From: a virus
Taxonomy: Duplodnaviria > Caudoviricetes
Virus record (IMG/VR): IMGVR_UViG_3300005326_000040
Coordinates: 256,001-320,000 of that record
DNA: 64,000 nt
Reading direction: 5' to 3' (one strand)
Shown: one piece after another, positions 18,050 through 27,620 of the stretch
Layout: each line of letters opens with the position of its first letter
Numbering within the stretch: position 1 is the first letter of the stretch
Translations under genes and position numbers: made by a program
Notes under the pieces: model-generated
What the model saw: the letters and a program-made list of their open reading frames with translations, nothing else
What the model was told of the DNA's origin: nothing
Databases searched by the model: none

Positions 18050-18675
18050 TGGAAACTATTTATATTGGGATTAGTGGAAAAGCTAAGCATGGTAAAGATA
18101 CGTTTGCCCAGCATATTAGCATAGCATTTCGTTATGCTCCTGTTCACGCAATTCAAACCGCATTTGCTGATCCAATTAAGAAAATGGCGCAAATTCAATT
18201 TCCCCATTTGACGCGAGCGGATTTGTGGGGGCCGAGTGAAAATAGAGAAAAAATAATTCAAGGATATGTTAATCCTGAAACCGGAGAGCCTTTGAAAATC
18301 CGAGATGTTCTAAAGCATATTGGAACAACATGGGGTCGTGGAACTAATCCTAATTGCTGGATTGACGCAACTTTTGGTCACATAGATTCAACATTTTATG
18401 GCCCGCCAGTAGACTCTGGTTGTATTGCGGTAATTTCTGATTGTCGGTTTAGAAATGAATACGAAGCAATTAGAGCTAAAAAAAACAACATGATTTTCAG
18501 ATTGTGGCGGCCATCTGTTGAGAATGTTAGCTCGCATCCATCAGAAACCGAGCTTGATGATGAAAGTATTCCTTGGGATGCGCTCATCATAAATAATGAT
18601 GTTATGGACGATTTTCAAAAAGAAGCTACAAAGGCGGCTGCAAAAGTTTATGATCGATTTGGTCTTAAATTCTAG
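18046..18675 (+). CDS. deoxynucleoside monophosphate kinase (T4 gp1-like)
   Basis: ISGKAKHGKDT P-loop, FADPIK, SDCRFRNE, HPSE. Confidence 0.88.
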   Translation: MMETIYIGISGKAKHGKDTFAQHISIAFRYAPVHAIQTAFADPIKKMAQIQFPHLTRADLWGPSENREKIIQGYVNPETGEPLKIRDVLKHIGTTWGRGTNPNCWIDATFGHIDSTFYGPPVDSGCIAVISDCRFRNEYEAIRAKKNNMIFRLWRPSVENVSSHPSETELDDESIPWDALIINNDVMDDFQKEATKAAAKVYDRFGLKF

Positions 18676-18689
18676 CGCAGTAGTGGCGG

Positions 18690-18704
18690 CTAATAATTCC
18701 ATAT
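18690..18704 (+). promoter_or_regulatory. candidate late promoter ctaata-N6-tat
   Basis: CTAATA ATTCCA TAT; SD AAGGA; ATG 15 nt later. Confidence 0.5.
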
Positions 18705-18719
18705 CCTAACAAAGGAATT

Positions 18720-19688
18720 ATGGCTGTAATCACAATCTCTGTTACTCCGTCAGAACGTCAACTGGTAAGTGGCATACCTCAATTTGTTGCTATCGCGACA
18801 AATATTGCCGCAATTATTTTCTACACTTTGGATGGCACAGATCCTAGCGAGGCAAGTTCAGTTTATACAGATCAAATTGAAATGCCAAGGGATGTTTCTG
18901 CTATAACTCTTAAGGTTTATGCTACTAACGGAACGGATTCAAGTTCTGTCCTTGCTCTGACCTACAAAACAGTTTTAGATGGAATGCGGAAAGCTCAAGC
19001 TACGGTTTCTTTCTTAGAGAGCGAATATATGTATACCTCTCTCATCGGGGGAAGCTCGTATGCTCGAAAGGTTCAATACAGTCAAGAACATATGGGAATT
19101 TTGGACAAGTCAAATGTTCCCAATACAGTTCAAGATGGGTATGGACCTTATGGAGAGTTTCCGGTTCAGTCTTACGACCAACCTATTTCTTCTTCGTCAG
19201 CGAGATATTCTGAAACCGACAGGCAGGGAAATTATGGTAGAGGTATAGGGACTTTCAATAGAACTGAAGTGGTTTACTTGCCTCCCGACCCTGAGACTAC
19301 AAAGCTTTCTGCAAAAAGTTTTAATCCTAGAGCTATGGTTTTGTTTGCTGATAGTCGGGAACCAACAGATACCGTTCACCTTTTTAGACCGCTTTATTAT
19401 GATGCGCGTCGCGTAGGCGATTATTATGAAACGTATGAGACAGACGGTAATAGATTAACTACCGGCACTTTTTTGAAACAATATTTTAATCCGCGCGATA
19501 ATACGATCACATATTATTTTAGAGACAGTCGAACGAATCGTTGGATAATTTCTGTCGAGTCAGCGTCAATACAGCCTACAAATGAACAAGCGAGCCATTT
19601 ATTCAATGTAGCTCCTGCGGCTTCAGAACAAGGCGCAGGATATATTTATCGTTGGATATTCTTTAAAGGCGGCGCCCATTTGACATAA
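18720..19688 (+). CDS. probable structural protein with N-terminal chitobiase/beta-hexosaminidase C-terminal-like (Fn3-like) domain
   Basis: IFYTLDGTDPSEAS.VYT..I...TLK.YA pattern; beta-rich remainder; has its own candidate late promoter. Confidence 0.6.
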   Translation: MAVITISVTPSERQLVSGIPQFVAIATNIAAIIFYTLDGTDPSEASSVYTDQIEMPRDVSAITLKVYATNGTDSSSVLALTYKTVLDGMRKAQATVSFLESEYMYTSLIGGSSYARKVQYSQEHMGILDKSNVPNTVQDGYGPYGEFPVQSYDQPISSSSARYSETDRQGNYGRGIGTFNRTEVVYLPPDPETTKLSAKSFNPRAMVLFADSREPTDTVHLFRPLYYDARRVGDYYETYETDGNRLTTGTFLKQYFNPRDNTITYYFRDSRTNRWIISVESASIQPTNEQASHLFNVAPAASEQGAGYIYRWIFFKGGAHLT

Positions 19689-19719
19689 TTCGCTTTTTCA
19701 AGAAAGAAAGCTGGAAAAT

Positions 19720-20529
19720 ATGAGCGAAGTTAGCGGAAAAGTTTCCTTGCCGGTGCTTTCCTATTCAAAGGTTAGCAGTTATAAACGCTGTCCTAAATGC
19801 TACAAATTAGGATATATAGATAAGCTGCCTAAAGTTGAAAAGCCATATACTGTTTTAGGTAATTTTTGTCATAGTGTTTTGGAAGCGTTCCACAAACATT
19901 GGATGCAAACACCTGTAGACAAAGATAAATTCAAAACAGTAATGCGTGATTCTTTTGCTTTGCAGCGAGAAAAATACAAGGAACGGATTCAAAAAGAACA
20001 AGTGGATGATGCTTATGGTATGATGAAGACATATCTAGAGCATATCAGCGACCCAAAGACTATTTTCCCAAATATCGTATCTTTAGAACAAAAGATTTGG
20101 GAAACAGTTAATGATGAGTTTATTTTCCTTGGTTATATCGATAGAGTACAGTTTGACAAAGAAGACAATGTGTTTCATATTGTTGACTACAAAACAACTC
20201 AAAAGAAGCAGTACTTGAAGGATGATACGCAAATTAAATTGTACGGCCATTTTATTGCCCTGAATAATCCTGAAATTGAAAACATTAGAGTTTCCTACAT
20301 TTTACTTAAACATAAAATGCAGTATATGACGAAAGAGTATAACGTTAGTGCTTTGGCAGAAGCTAAGGATCATTTTGTCGAGCAGTGGCATGAACTGAAG
20401 AATGATCAGTTGTTCAGAGCGAACGCAGGTTTTGGCAGTTGTACAATTTGTGATTACGTTGATATATGTCAAGAAGGACGAGACTTAATTCATCGTAAGA
20501 AGTCATATTTCGGCGAAACGGACTGGTGA
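19720..20529 (+). CDS. PD-(D/E)XK nuclease, Cas4/RecB/AddB-like with Fe-S staple cysteines
   Basis: SYSKV..YKRCP, GNFCH, GYIDRV, VDYKT, TQIKLY, C-terminal CTICDYVDIC. Confidence 0.88.
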   Translation: MSEVSGKVSLPVLSYSKVSSYKRCPKCYKLGYIDKLPKVEKPYTVLGNFCHSVLEAFHKHWMQTPVDKDKFKTVMRDSFALQREKYKERIQKEQVDDAYGMMKTYLEHISDPKTIFPNIVSLEQKIWETVNDEFIFLGYIDRVQFDKEDNVFHIVDYKTTQKKQYLKDDTQIKLYGHFIALNNPEIENIRVSYILLKHKMQYMTKEYNVSALAEAKDHFVEQWHELKNDQLFRANAGFGSCTICDYVDICQEGRDLIHRKKSYFGETDW

Positions 20530-20540
20530 AAGGAACAAAG

Positions 20541-21830
20541 ATGACAATTATTCAGAAAGAAAATATCGAAACATGTCGCGATCGTATCATTTTTTCTTTT
20601 GATAAAGAGAAGGTTACAGCTACGGTAGATGACATTGTTGAGACTATTAAAAAGAATCAGACTCCCATTAAGGGTTTTCGCAAGGGACGCGCGCCGGATA
20701 GTGCTATCAAAACAACTGCTCGGAAGTATATTATCGAGGAAGTAAAACGTCGTCTTATTTCTGAGGCGTTTCAGGATATTATTTTTGAAACGAAGATTAA
20801 GCCTTTTGGTAGCCCCGACATTAAAGAAGTTGATGTTTCCATGACCAACTTTAAGTTGGATATGGAAGTGCCGTATTTCCCAACGTTTGAGCTTAATCAG
20901 CACAAAGGTTTTAATTTGACTGAGCCTACAGGGCTACCTACTATTGAAGAGCTAACAGAAAGAACAAAGTCTGATCTTCAGACCGAGCAGCCTAATCTTC
21001 GCCCGTATAATCAAGATGATTTTGCGATGGATGGAGATACCGTCTTTGTAAATTACAACGGCACTATTAACGGCAAGAGTTTCGAGAATTCTAATGCTAC
21101 TAACGTCATGATTCAAATGAATGGTGGTATGTTTGTAAGAGAATTTGAAGTTAACATTATGGGCATGCATGTAGGCGAAAAACGCGAGTTTGATATCGCT
21201 TTTACGTCAGATCATAATGTTGATAAGAAGCTCGTAGGCAAGACGGTGCATTTTGATGTCGAGCTTGCTAATGGCGTGAAGAAAGAAGTGGCAGAGATTG
21301 ATGATGCGTTTGCTCAAAAGATTGGTTTAGAGAATTTGGAAGCTCTAAATCAAAAGATTGCTGAGCGGGTTAATGCACATTTAGCGCAGCTTCGAAGTAC
21401 ACAGCTGCAAAATCAGGCGATTGATTTGATGATTGCTTCAAATCCAATTGACATTCCTGATTGGATGAGCCTAAGTGCTGCTGAGAATCTTGCGCGTTCT
21501 CGCACCTTGAATTGGAATGAATGCACCCCTGAGTTGCGACAGGGTCTTATTGCTGAGGCAGCAAAAGCTCTGAAGACATCAATGATTCTAAATGAGATTC
21601 GCGGCAAGGAAGTGGAAACAGCTTTATCTCACGATGAAATTGAAAATGTTATTAAGACCAATTTGCGTCAGCTGCCTCCTGAACTACAAACTCAGTTTTT
21701 AAGTCAGAATGGAATGATGTCTAGATTGTATGCCGAGATTCAGGACACCCAAGTTTTGGATTGGGTTGTTAAGAATTCAACTGTCGGTTCGACAACTGAA
21801 GAAACAAAAGAAGAAAACAAGGGAGAATAA
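20541..21830 (+). CDS. tig: trigger factor (full length)
   Basis: Ribosome-binding signature IKGFRKGRAP; FKBP-like domain (DTVFVNYNG...GKSFE...EF...MG...LVGKTVHF); SurA-like C-domain; about 430 aa. Confidence 0.93.
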   Translation: MTIIQKENIETCRDRIIFSFDKEKVTATVDDIVETIKKNQTPIKGFRKGRAPDSAIKTTARKYIIEEVKRRLISEAFQDIIFETKIKPFGSPDIKEVDVSMTNFKLDMEVPYFPTFELNQHKGFNLTEPTGLPTIEELTERTKSDLQTEQPNLRPYNQDDFAMDGDTVFVNYNGTINGKSFENSNATNVMIQMNGGMFVREFEVNIMGMHVGEKREFDIAFTSDHNVDKKLVGKTVHFDVELANGVKKEVAEIDDAFAQKIGLENLEALNQKIAERVNAHLAQLRSTQLQNQAIDLMIASNPIDIPDWMSLSAAENLARSRTLNWNECTPELRQGLIAEAAKALKTSMILNEIRGKEVETALSHDEIENVIKTNLRQLPPELQTQFLSQNGMMSRLYAEIQDTQVLDWVVKNSTVGSTTEETKEENKGE

Positions 21831-21833
21831 GTT

Positions 21834-22175
21834 ATGCCTCGTGTAAAGAAAGAAAAAGCTGGTGCCGGTGAGTTCCCCGCAAAGTTTGCCAAGGTTCTTG
21901 GTGAAGAGTGGATGAGTGCAACTGATTCTCTGGACACAGAGGAGTTGAAGAAGATTGTTGTTGACGCTGCGAATATGATCGAAGAGCAGGAAAAGCAGCG
22001 CGACGCTGATATGGAACTCAAGCAGCAGAAGGAAAAGCTCAAGGAGATGTCTGGGCTTTATAAGGAAGACCTTTTCTATCAAAAGGCCCGTATCAAGTAC
22101 TCTCTTAAGGTTCTTGAGTCCCGAGGGATCAAGGTTGCCCCTGCAAAGGAAGCGGCAATTAAAACGGGCGGATGA
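21834..22175 (+). CDS. hypothetical coiled-coil protein
   Basis: SD GGGAG; strong AAG/GAG codon bias. Confidence 0.75.
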   Translation: MPRVKKEKAGAGEFPAKFAKVLGEEWMSATDSLDTEELKKIVVDAANMIEEQEKQRDADMELKQQKEKLKEMSGLYKEDLFYQKARIKYSLKVLESRGIKVAPAKEAAIKTGG

Positions 22176-22474
22176 TAAAGAAAAGTGTAATCAAGCAGGT
22201 TGGAAACTGTAATTGCTCCGGAGGGAAAGCAAGAATTTCAATTGCTTTCCCTTCTGGGGTGACCCGCGAGTTTATCGAAAAATGTAAAAGCGCGGGGTTT
22301 GAAGACGAGCCGGAATACACAAAAGCCGGAATGCTCTACCTCAAAAAAGGCCCTGTTGTTGTTTCAGGGGCGATATGCCTTCGAAACGCCAATATAGTTT
22401 GCCTTAAAAAAGATTCACAAAATTGTGAAGCCGAGATTGATAAAGTTATCTCGGAACTAGAGCGGTTGTGTTAA
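22172..22474 (+). CDS. hypothetical protein
   Basis: ATGA overlap; 100 aa. Confidence 0.65.
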   Translation: MIKKSVIKQVGNCNCSGGKARISIAFPSGVTREFIEKCKSAGFEDEPEYTKAGMLYLKKGPVVVSGAICLRNANIVCLKKDSQNCEAEIDKVISELERLC

Positions 22475-22486
22475 CTGTTGTCAATT

Positions 22487-22515
22487 TTGACTTCAGTTAC
22501 CTAAGCTTGTATGGT
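22487..22515 (+). promoter_or_regulatory. sigma70-type promoter of the dnaE operon, with an overlapping palindrome
   Basis: TTGACT (22487-92), 17-nt spacer, TATGGT (22510-15); the -35 lies inside an imperfect inverted repeat at 22472-22499. Confidence 0.6.
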
Positions 22516-22540
22516 TATTGCCTAAGGAAAGGTTAACTTC

Positions 22541-22861
22541 ATGGATTATAGAATATTTGATGAAGATAATGAGCATTGCGGTTATGCCGCAGGGCATGGC
22601 GGGAAATCGCCGTGTAAAGCATGTAAAGGAGCCATCTGCATTCACTGGATGCAAAATTTATCTGCCGTAAAACTTAATAGTTATCCCGGCGGCGATAAAA
22701 TGAAACATTATACGGATTTAACTGTTAGGTTTGATTTGAAAATGTTTCAGGATTTGAAAACAGAAATTCTTAATTTCGATGTTCGAAAGTCAGTAATAGA
22801 CGGCAAGGCAACGTATAAATCAATCATGCGAGAAAATTTTCTACCAAAAGAAGGCAAATAA
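22541..22861 (+). CDS. hypothetical protein with Cys/His cluster
   Basis: HCG...SPCKACKGAICIHW; SD AAGGA/AAGG. Confidence 0.65.
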   Translation: MDYRIFDEDNEHCGYAAGHGGKSPCKACKGAICIHWMQNLSAVKLNSYPGGDKMKHYTDLTVRFDLKMFQDLKTEILNFDVRKSVIDGKATYKSIMRENFLPKEGK

Positions 22862-23341
22862 ATGTTTACATTTACTGTTACGGTTGGACAATTACTAGCA
22901 CACGCTGTGGGCGATTATGGATTGCAGTCAGATTGGATGGCAGCAGATAAAACATCCAAATGGCAACCTGCTTTAGCTCACGCATTTACTTATACTTTGC
23001 CATTTTTATTCCTTACGAGATGTTGGTGGGCGCTTCTTCTTATTATGGGTTCGCATTATGTAATTGATCGTTATCGTTTAATTCGATATTACATCTGGCT
23101 GAAGAATTTTATTTCTCCCAAGGTAGTTCCTAAGGAAGTTTTGAAATTTAATCCTGACGGGTCTCTTGCGAGTTCAAGTATAACCTATGTTAGGTATTAT
23201 TCGTGGGAGCAATGTTCCAAAACAGGAATGTATACTGGGAAGCCTGATTGGCTGGCTGTTTGGTTGATGATTATCACAGACAATCTTGCACACATTCTTT
23301 GTAATGGGCTGATCCTTTCGGTAGCTCAGTTTGTAGCCTAA
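22862..23341 (+). CDS. DUF3307-like integral membrane protein
   Basis: AHAVGDYGLQSDWMA, LAHAFTY, SHYVIDRY and DNLAH His/Asp pattern within TM helices. Confidence 0.8.
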   Translation: MFTFTVTVGQLLAHAVGDYGLQSDWMAADKTSKWQPALAHAFTYTLPFLFLTRCWWALLLIMGSHYVIDRYRLIRYYIWLKNFISPKVVPKEVLKFNPDGSLASSSITYVRYYSWEQCSKTGMYTGKPDWLAVWLMIITDNLAHILCNGLILSVAQFVA

Positions 23342-23350
23342 GGTGTCTTC

Positions 23351-26300
23351 ATGACAGAGTACGTTTCTCTTCACAACTATACATATTTCTCTATCATGCG
23401 GTCCATTAATAAGCCTTCGGCTTTGATGGACGCTGCCGCCGCTTTGGGGATGAAAGCCATCGCGGTGACTGATTATGGTACACTGTCTGGTTTGTGGGAT
23501 TCGTACAAAGCAGCAAAGAAAACGAAGTTGATTTGCGGCTGTCAAATTAATTTTACCGATACTCGCGATCCAGTTGTAAGGTTTCTTTGTAACGAAGATC
23601 CAAAGCCGCAAATTCAACCAAGGACGATGATTCTAATTGCAAAGAACGCAATTGGATACAAGCACCTTCTTGAAATCAATTTTGAGGCAGAAAAGTGCAA
23701 GTTAGAAAAGAACTCAAAGATTGATAAGGTTGCGCTAATTGACTGGGACGTTCTTCAAGAAAAGCATGAAGGATTGATTTGTCTCACGTCAAATGCTGGC
23801 GGAATTGTCGGGCGCCATCTTTCAGACGGCGAGCATGAAAAGGCAATCAAGGAAGCCAAACGATTCAAAGAATTGTTTGGAGACGATTTTGCTTTTGAGC
23901 TACAGCCAAACAATATGATGATGGATGGCGCAGAGCAGTTTGCTGTCAATCAAAATCTACGGCGTCTTGGCGCAGAACTAGGGATTCGATGCGTTGCCGC
24001 GAGCAATGCCTATTACGTCAACAAAGAAGAAGCTGAATGCTATGATTTCTTGGTGGCGATAAAGAATCATCGCTCTTATAATGACCGTTCGCGGCCTAAA
24101 ATTAATCGACCAAACTTTTATCTACATTCAGCGGAAGATATCGTTAAGTTCTTTTCTAGGAATTATGGAAGCAAATTTGCAGAAGAACTATGCGACAATA
24201 CAGTTTATTACGCTGACAAGTGTGAAAAGCCTGAGTGGATTAAGCCTCAGCATGTAACGGGTGACAAAGCCCTGTTGCCTGATTTTCCCGTACATGATCA
24301 GCCGGACTTGGCAGAATTTGGGAAATGGAAAGAGGACAATAAGGAAATTGTAGAACAAGTCAAAGCTGACGACAAACTCTATATGAGATACTGGTGTGAA
24401 GCCAATTGGAACAGCCACACACCTAAAGAGAAAAACCAAGTTTACTGGGACCGTTATCAGAAAGAAGAACTGCCAGTATATGAACAGCTAGGCTTCAGTT
24501 CATATATGTTAATCACTGCTGATTTTCTTCAGTGGGGGCGCAAGCAAAACATACGTATTGGTCCAGGGCGAGGTTCTGTTGGTTGTAGCTTGGTTGCTTA
24601 TGATTTAGATATCCATCGTGCTGACCCGATTAAATACGGGCTTCCTTTTGCTCGCTTCTTAAACTTGGATAAGAAAGATTATCCAGACATTGATAATGAT
24701 ATTGAACCAAATGGTCGAGAGCGAATTATTAACTACGTTCGGCGTAAGTATGGGAATGAACGGGTAGTACACGTTTCAAACTTTGTTACATTTACTCCAA
24801 AGAACGCGATTACAGACGTAATTACCTCTTTGGAAATTGGCGGCTCCAGACAGTCAGCTTTCAAGATTGCAAAAAATCTAACGGAAACAATTTCAAACGA
24901 AGCAAAATCTATTGCGTCGGCTGAAGAGTCGTCTCCTTTCCTCAAAGACTTTTTAGAGAAATATCCACAAGCTAAGAAGTTCGCAGAGGTATTGATTGGT
25001 TTGCCGCGAAGCTATTCTACACATGCCGCAGGAGTTGTAGTTAGCAAGTATAACCTCTTAGGGCTAGTTCCATTACGAATTGACGAACATGGAACTATTG
25101 CTCTCGAATATGAAAAAACCAGAACCGAAGAGAACGGTTTGGTTAAGATTGACTTCTTAGGGTTGGAAACGCTTGATATAATCAATAAAGTCCATGAGAT
25201 TATCCAGACAAATGGTGGCGAACCACCTTTAGACCCTCCCGATTTTGATAAGTACGATAAAAAGATTTTTGATATGATTTCGGAGGGTGACACGTTCGGT
25301 GTTTTTCAGTTTGGTAGTAGCGGTGGAACCATCGATATCTGCAAAAAGGTTCAGCCTATGAACCTTCTTGACCTTGCTGCTATTAACGCTTTGACGCGAC
25401 CGGGCGTTTCGCATGACGTTCGTAAGTCTTATATTGCTCGTCGGTTTGGAGAAGAACCAGCAGAGTTTCCTCACCCGTCTTTTGAACTAGCATTAAAGGA
25501 AACGCTTGGGCTTCCTATCTTTGAAGAGTGCTTTTTGTTCTTGGCTCACTATTTTTGTGGCTGGGACCTTGGCCGTAGCGATAAGATGAGAAAGATTTCA
25601 AAACTAAAAGCAAAAGGAAAACATCTTCTCAAAGAAATTAGGGAAGGCTTTATTCAAGGCGCCATGGAACATTCTGGCGTGACAGAAGAATTTGTTACAG
25701 AGATTTGGGACGAATGGGTCGTGCCTCTATCTGGATATGCGTTCAATAAGTCTCACGCTATTGAGTATTCAATGGTGGGCTTTCAGACGGCTTATTTGAA
25801 AGCCTATTACCCAGCCGAATTTATGACGGCAAACTTGATTTCTGAAATCAAGAGCAATGCTCCTCAAGCAAAAGATAACGCACTTAGATTCCGGCATATG
25901 TTGCGTAAGCATGGCGTAAAGATTTTGCCTCCGGACGTTAATCTTTCTGGGCCGACATATAAACTTGCTTCTCAATCCAAATTGATTACAGGCTTTTCCG
26001 CTCTTCATGGAGTACAGCAACCAGCAGCAGAAGACATTGCTAATAAACGCCCGTTCTCTTCGTTCACTGACTTCATAACTCGCGTAGATTCAACTCTGGT
26101 TCGTTCTCCTGTAGTTGAAGCGATGGCGGCTTGTGGGGCGTTAGATTGTTTTGGGTTGACCCGCAAATCGATGTTTTTATATGCCGCCGACTTGAAACTG
26201 AAGATGAAGAACTGGGCGAAACGAAAGACAACCCAGGGTAAGCCTTTTGAATACACTCTTCCTAATGAGGAGTGGACAAAGGGACAATTGCGAGCTTTGG

Positions 26301-26872
26301 AGACGCATTATCTTGGCGAAGCTCTTTCTGGGACCAAAAAGGATTCTTATCCCGTTCTTTTTGTTGATAAAGGAGTCTCTCATATCAGAGATATGAAAGA
26401 TATGCCGGATAAGTATCGGGTTGTTGTGGAACTGGAAGTGAAGGATTTGTTTGTCTTTAGGGTTAAGAAGAAGGAAAGCAAAATATTCAACGAGGAAGTT
26501 TGTAAGATTACTGGCGAGGATATTCTTGAAGACCAAATTGGTGTGGTTGTTTTTCCTGAGCAGTTTGCTGTGTTGCAGATGAAGTACGCTGAAACGTTCG
26601 GCGAAAATGCAAAGCTTGATAAAAACTTTGGGCTTCGTTTGTCGGGTACGATTAGCCGGTACAATGGCGAGTTGTCACTAACTGTGTCTGAGATTTATGC
26701 CTTAATGAAGCCTGTTGCCATGCCTGTAGATATGAAAAACCTTAAGAAGGAACGCAAGAAGATTGAAATCTATTCAGGTATGTCAAAGAAGAAACTGGCG
26801 GAAAAGACATCAGAAGACATTACAGAAGACTTGTTAGATATGATTGTTATGGATAAAGATTATGAATTTTGA
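23351..26872 (+). CDS. dnaE: DNA polymerase III alpha subunit (C family)
   Basis: PHP domain, GPGRGSVGCSLVAY, RFLN, catalytic PDIDND, HAAGVV, KIDFLGL, YAFNKSHA, HhH region and C-terminal OB fold; 1173 aa. Confidence 0.98.
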   Translation: MTEYVSLHNYTYFSIMRSINKPSALMDAAAALGMKAIAVTDYGTLSGLWDSYKAAKKTKLICGCQINFTDTRDPVVRFLCNEDPKPQIQPRTMILIAKNAIGYKHLLEINFEAEKCKLEKNSKIDKVALIDWDVLQEKHEGLICLTSNAGGIVGRHLSDGEHEKAIKEAKRFKELFGDDFAFELQPNNMMMDGAEQFAVNQNLRRLGAELGIRCVAASNAYYVNKEEAECYDFLVAIKNHRSYNDRSRPKINRPNFYLHSAEDIVKFFSRNYGSKFAEELCDNTVYYADKCEKPEWIKPQHVTGDKALLPDFPVHDQPDLAEFGKWKEDNKEIVEQVKADDKLYMRYWCEANWNSHTPKEKNQVYWDRYQKEELPVYEQLGFSSYMLITADFLQWGRKQNIRIGPGRGSVGCSLVAYDLDIHRADPIKYGLPFARFLNLDKKDYPDIDNDIEPNGRERIINYVRRKYGNERVVHVSNFVTFTPKNAITDVITSLEIGGSRQSAFKIAKNLTETISNEAKSIASAEESSPFLKDFLEKYPQAKKFAEVLIGLPRSYSTHAAGVVVSKYNLLGLVPLRIDEHGTIALEYEKTRTEENGLVKIDFLGLETLDIINKVHEIIQTNGGEPPLDPPDFDKYDKKIFDMISEGDTFGVFQFGSSGGTIDICKKVQPMNLLDLAAINALTRPGVSHDVRKSYIARRFGEEPAEFPHPSFELALKETLGLPIFEECFLFLAHYFCGWDLGRSDKMRKISKLKAKGKHLLKEIREGFIQGAMEHSGVTEEFVTEIWDEWVVPLSGYAFNKSHAIEYSMVGFQTAYLKAYYPAEFMTANLISEIKSNAPQAKDNALRFRHMLRKHGVKILPPDVNLSGPTYKLASQSKLITGFSALHGVQQPAAEDIANKRPFSSFTDFITRVDSTLVRSPVVEAMAACGALDCFGLTRKSMFLYAADLKLKMKNWAKRKTTQGKPFEYTLPNEEWTKGQLRALETHYLGEALSGTKKDSYPVLFVDKGVSHIRDMKDMPDKYRVVVELEVKDLFVFRVKKKESKIFNEEVCKITGEDILEDQIGVVVFPEQFAVLQMKYAETFGENAKLDKNFGLRLSGTISRYNGELSLTVSEIYALMKPVAMPVDMKNLKKERKKIEIYSGMSKKKLAEKTSEDITEDLLDMIVMDKDYEF

Positions 26873-26873
26873 T

Positions 26874-26883
26874 GATATATATA
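26874..26883 (+). promoter_or_regulatory. GATATATATA box
   Basis: Same class as the boxes at 1936 and 3375; 34 nt upstream of the ATG at 26918. Confidence 0.35.
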
Positions 26884-26917
26884 GTTATCGGTAATTACTA
26901 TTTCTTATAAAGGTTCC

Positions 26918-27619
26918 ATGAAATGTCAAAGTTGTCAATGTGAAGTCCCGCCTGCGTTTGTTCACGCTATTCAAACGAATGTCTGCCCTGGCTGCGCAAA
27001 TCCAATTATGGATGAGCAGATGGTCGAGCTTATGAGAGGCTTGGCCGATGCTATGTCTCAAATGGAATACAATCCCCAAGGGATCGCTGGCTGGTTAATG
27101 GATAACTATCGGCTTGAAAAGGTTGGTCCTGGGGAGCCTACAGGGTTCCATCAAGTAAAGAAACATGTAACAGTTGGTGTCGCTGGCGCGACTGGCACAA
27201 GTTATACCGATGAAAAAACTGAGCGATTGAATAAGTTTTTTGAGAATGCTGGTGCGCCAAAGAATGTTGTTGGTATGACTAAGAAAGATCTTGTAGCTCA
27301 GAATGAGGCTGCGGCAACAGCACAAGGGCAAAGCGACGTTGAGGATGAGATGCAAGAAGAGGATATTCTTGCTATTAAACGCGCTGCACTGTTAGAAAAG
27401 CAAGGGGCGTCCGAGGAAGTGTCGTCCGCAATGGGTCTTGGTTCCATGGCCGTAGTTCCTGGTGCTCCTGACCCATATGCTCAACCTCCTGTTAATGACC
27501 TTATGTCGCCCCATCTTCGTGCTCTTCGGGAGCAGCAGCAACAGAAGATTGAGGAAAGTCGCAATGCTGTGTTGTCTGGTGTTCGTGTAAATAAGAACGG
27601 GTTTACTAGAGCAGGCTAA
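26918..27619 (+). CDS. hypothetical protein with N-terminal zinc ribbon
   Basis: MKCQSC...CPGC, then a low-complexity A/Q/E region. Confidence 0.75.
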   Translation: MKCQSCQCEVPPAFVHAIQTNVCPGCANPIMDEQMVELMRGLADAMSQMEYNPQGIAGWLMDNYRLEKVGPGEPTGFHQVKKHVTVGVAGATGTSYTDEKTERLNKFFENAGAPKNVVGMTKKDLVAQNEAAATAQGQSDVEDEMQEEDILAIKRAALLEKQGASEEVSSAMGLGSMAVVPGAPDPYAQPPVNDLMSPHLRALREQQQQKIEESRNAVLSGVRVNKNGFTRAG

Positions 27620-27620
27620 A

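Noticed and set aside
22456-22484. Minus-strand TTGACA as an antisense promoter
   Set aside because: No acceptable -10 at 16-18 nt (TCTAGT); the hexamer is explained as the mirror half of the palindrome.
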